Below, one piece after another: positions 13,083-18,567 of a DNA stretch of 18,567 nt. The notes under the pieces are model-generated. The model saw nothing but the letters and a program-made list of their open reading frames with translations, made no database searches and was not told where the DNA came from. This DNA comes from a virus. Location: IMG/VR virus record IMGVR_UViG_3300045988_002631, positions 1-18,567 of that record, one strand, 5' to 3'. Position 1 is the stretch's first letter. Each line of letters opens with the position of its first letter. A program made the position numbers and the translations under genes.

Positions 13083-14526
13083 TGACCATTGTCCCGTAAT
13101 CGTCTACGACTTGCGTTCCATGCCTAAACTCTTCGTAAGGAATGGGCTGGGAAAACATGTTTCCGGCCATACATACGTCAACCTCCCCGTCTTCTCTCCA
13201 CCCTTGATAACGGTTCATGCCCAGTATCGTCAATTTCTCATATCGTGCGGCGATCTTCCACTTCCCCAGCTCGGTCGAATGAATCTCACATGATCGCACG
13301 GGTTCCCAACCGCTCAATATGCACCCGTCCGTATTGGCGTACAATAGTCTATCCGCGTTCGCGTGACACACGGTCATAAGTTTGCGACGGGCGTAGGCGT
13401 TGACCCAAATAGGCACGGGGAGGTAATCGGTTTTCAGATTCGACTCTTCGCGTTGCGCTACATCCCAATCCAAGGTTATGCCGTCTTTCGAGAGTGGGAG
13501 CATGACGGCGCCTTTTGGCAGACTCGCCATTTTACCGACAAGCGCGTTCATGATTAGTTTCGCCATCTGCCGTTTCTCTCCCGTCGCCCGCTGTTTCAAT
13601 TCCCCCCATTCATCGATGAACGAGCGGAAAAACCCTTTGGAGCGGCGGAATTTCCACCCCCTGACATGCTTGTAGACGCTCACGTCATAATTCCTATAAA
13701 GTAGTTCCTGGTCAATGTCGGTGAGCACGCGTGTGACGTACCCGCGGGTTGAGGTGAGACGGTTCAGTCCGTAAATACTGCGATTGTCGAGTAGAAATGG
13801 GTAGCCGTTTGGTTTGAGTTCCGCGCGAAACGTGAGTTCGTCGCAATGCAACGGCATGTCATCGTCCTGCTTGTATTCGCCTTCGTATGGTTCCGGTTCA
13901 CCCCACGGCAACCACTCATCCCGCAAAATGCTCGGATACATGCTATTGCAGTCAACGTCGATAGCCTTGCCATAAGTCCCCTCCTTGGCTACCATGAAAC
14001 CGCCGATGTAGGCGTCATGCAATGACTTTTTGGTTTCGGCTTCGAGTTGTGGGAATTTGTCGTAATACCATTTCCACTCGCCGGACGCGAACGCCTCCAT
14101 GCTCGCACCACCTGCGGTGATCTTGCACAAACCGCGGTTGTCGTATTCTCTCAGGATGTCGAGCAGTTGCGTGCCGGTCATGGTAAGCTTACAGTTTTCC
14201 CGCAGAAGATTCGATATGTCGAAGAAACGTGTGGAATTTTCGCGGTCGATGCGCACTGTGAAGCTGAAGAACTTGCCTTTTTTCGACACTATCGCATCCC
14301 AACTCAAGTTAGAGTTGTGTTCGTTGTGGGGGAGTGAGTGTACGACGTGCGCGATAAACGAGTCCAGTAGTTCGGGTTTAGTCACGTAGACGGTGAGTTT
14401 GCCGCCTGACATGATGGACGCCAAAAGACTCTTAGGCGCGGTGACGTCACGCAGGACGGTGCCGTCCGTAAAGCGTATGACGTTATCCGCACACCATAAT
14501 CCCACCCTGTTATCTTGCATGGTCAT
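13075..14526 (-). CDS. Protein-primed family-B DNA polymerase (phi29 gp2-like), compact and divergent
   Basis: 483 aa. Long colinear matches to remembered phi29 DNAP: ITAGGASMEAF/MTAGSDSLKGF, DAYIGGF/YAYRGGF, DCNSMYPS/DVNSLYPA (motif A), LPWGEPEPYEGEY..DDMPLH/LPYGEPIVFEGKY..EDYPLH, and FIDEWGELK/FIDKWTYIK. Further matches are KLIMNALVGK/KLMLNSLYGK (motif B), VNAYARR/ITAWARY, YANTDG/YCDTDS (motif C) and LGKW...NRY/LGYW...KTY. Confidence 0.93.
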   Translation of the reverse strand: MTMQDNRVGLWCADNVIRFTDGTVLRDVTAPKSLLASIMSGGKLTVYVTKPELLDSFIAHVVHSLPHNEHNSNLSWDAIVSKKGKFFSFTVRIDRENSTRFFDISNLLRENCKLTMTGTQLLDILREYDNRGLCKITAGGASMEAFASGEWKWYYDKFPQLEAETKKSLHDAYIGGFMVAKEGTYGKAIDVDCNSMYPSILRDEWLPWGEPEPYEGEYKQDDDMPLHCDELTFRAELKPNGYPFLLDNRSIYGLNRLTSTRGYVTRVLTDIDQELLYRNYDVSVYKHVRGWKFRRSKGFFRSFIDEWGELKQRATGEKRQMAKLIMNALVGKMASLPKGAVMLPLSKDGITLDWDVAQREESNLKTDYLPVPIWVNAYARRKLMTVCHANADRLLYANTDGCILSGWEPVRSCEIHSTELGKWKIAARYEKLTILGMNRYQGWREDGEVDVCMAGNMFSQPIPYEEFRHGTQVVDDYGTMVML

Positions 14527-14552
14527 GGTAACTTCCCTTGCTTACTCGTCCG

Positions 14553-15521
14553 CTACTTTTCCAGTGCGCCCGCTTCCGTCATCCACCTATCGAACTGCTT
14601 GCGTGAACGCTGATAGCCCCTGCTATTATCGCGAAATATCGACGTGAAACCGTGACGCACGGGATCGTATACCGTCCAGTCGAACACGATTCGTGGGGCG
14701 TCCGTCTGTTCAATAAACGCCCTCTTTTGCGCTGCCGACAGTTGGCGGAATCGTTTCAAACGTTTCGAGCCGAGCGTGGTGGCCAAGATTTTTTCAAACA
14801 CCTCATAACGTCCGCGTGACATGTATGACGGCCATTCATGATCACCATACAATTCTTTGCCCTGTTTGCCCGTTTTCCGCTTTTTGGACGGTTTGCGCTT
14901 GCGTTTCTGTTCGGTGCGCAATCCCAGTATTTCGGCGGCATCGTGCATCTGATCCAGCAGTTCGTTGCGATGCCCGCTTTCCAGTTGGGAGCGCACGAAT
15001 GCTTCGTCTGACAGCACGTTCGTCATTCGCAGAAAATCAGTGAGCTTCGATGGAATGATCTGATTACGTCCGAAACCCTCACCGGTGGTTCCGGTGATTT
15101 CAGCCACGCGCTGGTCGAACACGCTACGTTGTGGCATGGCTTGAACCTTGTTCCACTCGTTGATTTTCCGTCGTGCCGCATTGATTTTCCGCTGCTGCTG
15201 TCGCAAGAGTTTACGTCGTTTCGCCACCGGCTCCGCCTGGATTTGCGCGTCTGTGATGGGTGTGCGCCCTGCGAACATGATGTCTTTTTTCGTCGGTTTC
15301 TCCACAGCGGCGGCGCGGTATGGGGTTGCTTTCGCTTCCGCTATGGCCTGTTTCTTCTGCCGCTCCCACTCTTTGCCCAAGGTTTTGGCGATGTTGACCA
15401 GTTGTTTGTCCGCGGTTTTGGCGAGATTCGAGTGGGAGTAAGCGCCAAGCTGTTTGATGTTGCGGGCGGCGCGGGCTTGCGCGGCCTGACGTGCCTTGAC
15501 ATGCTTTTGCTTTCGAGACAT
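14553..15521 (-). CDS. Putative terminal protein (replication primer)
   Basis: 322 aa, very basic. It lies immediately upstream of the polymerase gene, as phi29 gene 3 lies next to gene 2. It has Lys/Arg clusters (KRRKLLRQQQRKINAARRKI and QKRKRKPSKKRKTGKQGK). I see no sequence similarity to phi29 TP, so the call rests on synteny, charge and the ITR-bounded genome. Confidence 0.55.
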   Translation of the reverse strand: MSRKQKHVKARQAAQARAARNIKQLGAYSHSNLAKTADKQLVNIAKTLGKEWERQKKQAIAEAKATPYRAAAVEKPTKKDIMFAGRTPITDAQIQAEPVAKRRKLLRQQQRKINAARRKINEWNKVQAMPQRSVFDQRVAEITGTTGEGFGRNQIIPSKLTDFLRMTNVLSDEAFVRSQLESGHRNELLDQMHDAAEILGLRTEQKRKRKPSKKRKTGKQGKELYGDHEWPSYMSRGRYEVFEKILATTLGSKRLKRFRQLSAAQKRAFIEQTDAPRIVFDWTVYDPVRHGFTSIFRDNSRGYQRSRKQFDRWMTEAGALEK

Positions 15522-15545
15522 ATGGCACAGTCCTTAAGATGGCGA

Positions 15546-15567
15546 GAGCACCCAAGATTGGGTGCTC
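15546..15567 (-). promoter_or_regulatory. 9-bp hairpin in the leader of the terminal-protein gene
   Basis: GAGCACCCA (15546-15554) pairs with TGGGTGCTC (15559-15567), with a 4-nt loop. No U-run follows on the minus strand. It sits between a candidate promoter and the TP RBS (AAGGAC). Confidence 0.45.
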
Positions 15568-15591
15568 CCTATAGATGGACGCTACTCAGTT

Positions 15592-15600
15592 ATTATAGCA
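15592..15600 (-). promoter_or_regulatory. Extended -10 promoter candidate TGCTATAAT
   Basis: The minus strand reads TGA GCT TGCTATAAT, 3 nt after the SSB stop codon and upstream of the TP gene. Confidence 0.45.
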
Positions 15601-15603
15601 AGC

Positions 15604-16041
15604 TCACTTGGTTCCCTCGTCCACCGGCTCGATGCTGAAAAACTTGAAACCACGACGGGAACGACGTTCCACCACCTTGATGCACAGCGGTTCCGTCCAA
15701 GTGTTCGGCGTGCCGAAGATCCCGAACATGGTGTTAAGTCCCGCGGCGAGAGTCGGGGAGGTGGCCGCGTACGCCTTGTTGTCGTCGGTCACGATAATGA
15801 CGCGCACGGTATTGGAGATTTCGCCCGTCTGGTCGTCGGTCACCTGCACGGCCTGCGCGACTGCGTTCGTCATGTTCAGCGGCTCGTTGAGGTGTTCGTC
15901 GAGCTTTTCCGCGTTCTGCAATGCGCTGTAGAGCTTGATTTTGCCTTCGCGGGTAGAGGTGTCGATGAAGTGCTGGACGGTGCCGAGTTCGGTGTTTTCG
16001 GTGTTGAATGCTACGAGTGCGGTATTGTTGTTGTTTTCCAT
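15604..16041 (-). CDS. Single-stranded DNA-binding protein, phi29 p5-like
   Basis: 145 aa. Colinear with remembered phi29 p5: MENNNN/MENTN, EGKIKLYSALQ/EGQIKIFNAQ, NAVAQAVQVTDDQTGE/NAIAQYKQVSDTYGD, AYAATSPTLA/LYSAISKTVA and CIKVVERRSRRGFKFFSIE/FKVKVVQGTSSKGNVFFSLQ. RBS is AGGAAAGG. It sits between the p6-like and TP genes. Confidence 0.6.
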   Translation of the reverse strand: MENNNNTALVAFNTENTELGTVQHFIDTSTREGKIKLYSALQNAEKLDEHLNEPLNMTNAVAQAVQVTDDQTGEISNTVRVIIVTDDNKAYAATSPTLAAGLNTMFGIFGTPNTWTEPLCIKVVERRSRRGFKFFSIEPVDEGTK

Positions 16042-16097
16042 TGTTTAACCTTTCCTAGATTGTTGTTGTTTTATTTTCAGGCTTATGCCTAAAATCT

Positions 16098-16106
16098 TTT
16101 ATATCA
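16098..16106 (-). promoter_or_regulatory. Extended -10-like element TGATATAAA overlapping the upstream stop codon
   Basis: The minus strand reads GTG TGA TATAAA. The TGA stop of the p6-like gene supplies the TG of the extended -10. Confidence 0.35.
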
Positions 16107-16421
16107 CACGTCTTCATTATTTTCAACGTCGGCGTGTCGATTTTTTGTGTGTTCTTCGGGGTTCCATTCTTGCGGCTCCCCGAAAGTCGCATACTTGTAA
16201 AAAGTTTCCTCATTCATTGAGACTTTTTGCGAAAAAATGTTGATGGAACGCGGAATGAAATTAGGAAACAGTTTCTTCGCGCGAATCGAATATGCGCGAG
16301 CGTCCTTAAGGCGTCCGTCGATAACGTGTTCAGCTTCCATAAAGTCACCGTCCACCAATTCCATGCCCTTTAGCACGGCATAGACGCGCGTTCGGAAAAT
16401 GTCGGTTTTGGTTCTAGCCAT
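16104..16421 (-). CDS. Putative histone-like dsDNA-binding protein, phi29 p6-like
   Basis: 105 aa from ATG 16421, with GGGGAGG upstream. It begins MARTKTD. Matches to remembered p6 (104 aa): LVDGD (p6 MVDGE), DGRLKDARAYSIRAKKLF (p6 GNLTMEQAQWRMKRKY), and FYKYATF (p6 FLEVATV). The C-terminal tail is acidic. It sits upstream of the SSB gene, as gene 6 precedes gene 5 in phi29. Confidence 0.45.
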   Translation of the reverse strand: MARTKTDIFRTRVYAVLKGMELVDGDFMEAEHVIDGRLKDARAYSIRAKKLFPNFIPRSINIFSQKVSMNEETFYKYATFGEPQEWNPEEHTKNRHADVENNEDV

Positions 16422-16422
16422 T

Positions 16423-16941
16423 TTACCTCCCCTGCAGTAAGATTTTTTGCAATTCATCGTCATTATACCGTGTCGTGTCCAGTCTGTCAAAATTTTTAAA
16501 CACGGCGATAATCAGGTTTTGCGCTTGAGGGTTGTCGAAAATCGTGCAACAGTCGTATGACGTGCCGCCCTTGACGGCACAGACCGCACACCATGCAATC
16601 AGGTTAGACGGATTGATGGAACCGTCCAAATATTCGACATCGAACGTGCGGGATAGGGCGGCAGAGAGTCCGTCCCACATAGTCAGACTGCCGCATATCT
16701 GAGACACGGTTATAACCGCTTGCGTAAACCATGCGCTAGGTGCGTCCCGCCACAACTCGCACAGCATGTTCACGGCACGGCAGCACGTTTCAAAATCACC
16801 ATACCCCATGTCGAAACGCTTCAAATTCAGCTCACGCTTATGGCCTTTTGTGGCGCGGACGATACGCTTGCTTTCCATAATGGCGTCGTCAAAATCGCGC
16901 ATACGATAAATCGGACGCCTATCATCACCGCGCCTAAACAT
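16423..16941 (-). CDS. Hypothetical early protein, 172 aa, Cys-rich
   Basis: ATG 16941 has GAGGAA 8 nt upstream and overlaps the upstream gene by 8 nt (ATGTTTAG). The protein contains 9 Cys. No family recognised. Confidence 0.6.
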   Translation of the reverse strand: MFRRGDDRRPIYRMRDFDDAIMESKRIVRATKGHKRELNLKRFDMGYGDFETCCRAVNMLCELWRDAPSAWFTQAVITVSQICGSLTMWDGLSAALSRTFDVEYLDGSINPSNLIAWCAVCAVKGGTSYDCCTIFDNPQAQNLIIAVFKNFDRLDTTRYNDDELQKILLQGR

Positions 16942-17110
16942 AATACCGTTCCTCAACGCGGAAATAGCTGATATTCTCCGTATGAGACCGAATGGCCGCC
17001 CACCGTTTAATCAGATCCGCCGCGTCCTTGTAAGAGGGCGCGTAGCCGACCTCGATAGGCGGCTTGCGCACATCCCTCAAGTATGCGAGAGCCACGAAAG
17101 TGCTATACAT
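16934..17110 (-). CDS. Hypothetical early protein, 58 aa
   Basis: Not in the ORF track. ATG 17110 lies 2 nt after the upstream stop. The protein is MYSTFVALAYLRDVRKPPIEVGYAPSYKDAADLIKRWAAIRSHTENISYFRVEERYYV. It fills an otherwise empty gap in a tightly packed operon. Confidence 0.5.
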   Translation of the reverse strand: MYSTFVALAYLRDVRKPPIEVGYAPSYKDAADLIKRWAAIRSHTENISYFRVEERYYV

Positions 17111-17112
17111 GC

Positions 17113-17316
17113 CTAAAACTCCAATTCGTCCACGAAATCACTGTCACCATACAACCACATAGCCGCCCACAACTGCCGGTCAGGGCAACGTTTCGGAGGA
17201 TCAGTGGCGCTCCGCTTATGATGTCTCCCAGCCCAAAACGCGCGCAAACACCAATAACTATCGGCGTCCGGACACGTGCCGCATATCCACGAATGTATCC
17301 AACCACGAAAATACAC
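17113..17316 (-). CDS. Hypothetical early protein, 67 aa, Trp-rich with four Cys (CxxC...C...C)
   Basis: GTG 17316 lies 2 nt after the upstream stop, with GGAGAGG 8 nt upstream. The tail is acidic (GDSDFVDELEF). It was chosen over the overlapping frame 17103-17306 because of gene packing and the RBS. Confidence 0.45.
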   Translation of the reverse strand: MYFRGWIHSWICGTCPDADSYWCLRAFWAGRHHKRSATDPPKRCPDRQLWAAMWLYGDSDFVDELEF

Positions 17317-17318
17317 GG

Positions 17319-17564
17319 CTAATTCCTCTCCATTAAAGGCGTGCGGGCAATGTCAATGGCGTCCAACATGAGGTCCGCAATCTGATAACTATCAGCCGCG
17401 TCATATGCGCATGATGCCGTGGAGTCGCTAAACCCGGTTGGGGTGCGGAACCGAACAGTATACCGAAGCTCGTACCGCTGACCACGAGGACAATACCACA
17501 GGCGCACACCACCGCCCGCAAACGGCGACGCAAACACGGCAACATTCATATCATTATAAGCCAT
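17319..17564 (-). CDS. Hypothetical early protein, 81 aa
   Basis: ATG 17564 lies 1 nt after the upstream stop (TGAGATG). No family recognised. Confidence 0.55.
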   Translation of the reverse strand: MAYNDMNVAVFASPFAGGGVRLWYCPRGQRYELRYTVRFRTPTGFSDSTASCAYDAADSYQIADLMLDAIDIARTPLMERN

Positions 17565-17565
17565 C

Positions 17566-17733
17566 TCAGGCCCCCCTTACTATGAAAACCAACACAATAG
17601 CCACGCCCACAGTAAGCATAGCAAAAAAACAAAAGGCATCACGCATATCACGCGGCGCTTTGTAAAACACCGTAGCAACCATCACGAGAAACAGTACAGA
17701 AAGAATGCAGACGGCAACAATCATGCCAACCAT
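17566..17733 (-). CDS. Small membrane protein, 55 aa, two predicted transmembrane helices
   Basis: Not in the ORF track. ATG 17733 has GAGGTG upstream. The protein is MVGMIVAVCILSVLFLVMVATVFYKAPRDMRDAFCFFAMLTVGVAIVLVFIVRGA, a hairpin topology with a basic loop. Confidence 0.55.
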   Translation of the reverse strand: MVGMIVAVCILSVLFLVMVATVFYKAPRDMRDAFCFFAMLTVGVAIVLVFIVRGA

Positions 17734-17742
17734 TATAACACC

Positions 17743-17982
17743 TCAAAACATATGGAAATCTCTGTAAAAATACCTGAAATCATAATCACGGCAGTACTTA
17801 ATACCGTCATCCAAGTCAATAAAATCTGCGATAGAATCAAACTTGCCACAAAGTCCGCAATACAGCTGAAATCGATAATCAACCCCAGCAGGACCACTAA
17901 AATCACACGGCGCTTCACGCCAACGGAACTTCTGATCCATCCTCAGATACTCGTCAAAAACAGTGAAATAATGCCATTCCAT
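17743..17982 (-). CDS. Hypothetical early protein, 79 aa, aromatic/Asp-rich with four Cys
   Basis: The start is taken as ATG 17982 (GGAGG 7 nt upstream) rather than 18057. Cys spacing is C-x15-CxxC-x18-C. No family recognised. Confidence 0.55.
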   Translation of the reverse strand: MEWHYFTVFDEYLRMDQKFRWREAPCDFSGPAGVDYRFQLYCGLCGKFDSIADFIDLDDGIKYCRDYDFRYFYRDFHMF

Positions 17983-18011
17983 AACACGACCTCCAATCAA
18001 ACCAAAGACAC

Positions 18012-18080
18012 TCAAACCATACCAAAAACGATAACAACGCCAAGAATGCACGCGCAAATGACGAAAACAGAAGTGAACAT
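18012..18080 (-). CDS. 22-aa hydrophobic mini-protein (single transmembrane segment)
   Basis: Not in the ORF track. ATG 18080 has GGGAG 6 nt upstream. The protein is MFTSVFVICACILGVVIVFGMV. It fills the gap between two early genes. Confidence 0.4.
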   Translation of the reverse strand: MFTSVFVICACILGVVIVFGMV

Positions 18081-18110
18081 GTCATTCTCCCTAAAGTTGA
18101 TTATCACCGT

Positions 18111-18455
18111 TCAAGCTTTAACCAACTCATAACAATCACCCTTAACCACATCAAACCGACCAAGCTTAAACCCATAATCGGCAAGGAAATCGTTGGCGGA
18201 ATACTCCCAATCAATGCCGCAAACAGCCCCGCAAATGCCAGTAATCCGTTCTGCATCATTATCATGGAATAGATCATAATCGTCATCCACCCAAAGGTCA
18301 AAATACCAAGTATCATCCCCAGTTTGTTGCCACATGCCAAAACCGGTGATATTATCGGCAAATATCAACGAAGTCCAACCCTCATCACCCTTAACGACAA
18401 CCAAGTCAACCGGTATTGCGTTATCGGTGTAAACGTCAACCCCTGTTGTAATCAT
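18111..18455 (-). CDS. Hyperacidic, Trp-rich 114-aa immediate-early protein, function unknown
   Basis: ATG 18455 lies inside the right ITR with the same promoter and RBS as the left gene. The protein begins MITTGVDVYTDN and has 19 Asp + 4 Glu against 4 Lys + 2 Arg, plus 5 Trp. No family recognised. Confidence 0.7.
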   Translation of the reverse strand: MITTGVDVYTDNAIPVDLVVVKGDEGWTSLIFADNITGFGMWQQTGDDTWYFDLWVDDDYDLFHDNDAERITGICGAVCGIDWEYSANDFLADYGFKLGRFDVVKGDCYELVKA

Positions 18456-18567
18456 TTTATTTTCCTTTCCCTTGAAGCGGATAATTATACTATAACACAA
18501 ACAAACGGACAACACGCCCGAAAACAAAACAAAGCAAAACACTAAAACACACCTACCTACCGGTCGG
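18449..18567. repeat. Right inverted terminal repeat, 119 bp, perfect
   Basis: Reverse complement is identical to nt 1-119. It includes the promoter, RBS, ATG and the next 4 nt of the terminal gene. Confidence 0.97.
18484..18512 (-). promoter_or_regulatory. Identical early promoter inside the right ITR, firing leftward
   Basis: Mirror copy of 56-84: -35 at 18507-18512 and -10 at 18484-18489 on the minus strand. It drives the whole minus-strand early block, starting at ATG 18455. Confidence 0.6.

Noticed and set aside
18104-18361. 85-aa strongly hydrophobic ORF overlapping the 114-aa acidic gene in another frame. The 61-aa ORF at 17733-17918 is a similar case.
   Set aside because: They have TTG/GTG starts without an SD and are fully nested in ORFs that have ATG starts and strong RBSs. 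The hydrophobicity is explained by frame-shifted Asp-rich codons on a G/T-rich strand.
1-18567. Searched by eye for CRISPR arrays, tRNA/rRNA genes, integrase/transposase genes, toxin-antitoxin pairs, methyltransferases and homing endonucleases.
   Set aside because: No regularly spaced direct repeats, cloverleaf candidates or characteristic catalytic motifs were found. All sizeable ORFs are accounted for by the phage modules.

Overview
This 18,567-bp window is a complete linear dsDNA genome of a small protein-primed podophage of the phi29/Cp-1 type. It is bounded by perfect 119-bp inverted terminal repeats (ITRs; 1-119 and 18449-18567). 24 of 25 called genes lie on the minus strand as one right-to-left programme. 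First comes an ITR-driven early block of tiny orphan genes. Next is a replication module in phi29 order: p6-like DNA-binding protein, p5-like SSB, putative terminal protein, protein-primed family-B DNA polymerase. A 227-bp structured non-coding spacer follows. The late operon then runs: scaffold, Ig-decorated major capsid protein, tail knob, connector, lower collar, two small structural ORFs, GDPD-domain appendage, CHAP tail lysin, gp16-type packaging ATPase, holin, amidase endolysin. Only one gene (113-313) is on the plus strand, driven by the left ITR copy. No tRNA, rRNA, CRISPR array, integrase or transposase is visible. The host is inferred to be Gram-positive with glycerol-phosphate wall polymers. 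Best leads: (1) a promoter-to-terminator unit of about 165 nt just after the polymerase gene, at the phi29 prohead-RNA (pRNA) position, with 5'/3' end pairing. (2) ITRs that carry a promoter, RBS and start codon, so both ends fire identical cassettes into two different hyperacidic proteins (DNA-mimic or anti-defence candidates). (3) A compact 483-aa polymerase with non-canonical catalytic motifs (YANTDG, NALVG, NRY) and no recognisable ExoI DxE. (4) A free-standing 56-aa copy of the fibre N-terminal anchor motif. (5) A hairpin ladder at late-gene junctions, including a 14-bp perfect hairpin that buries the tail-lysin start codon. All homology calls come from reading motifs and from remembered phi29 sequences. 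No searches were run.
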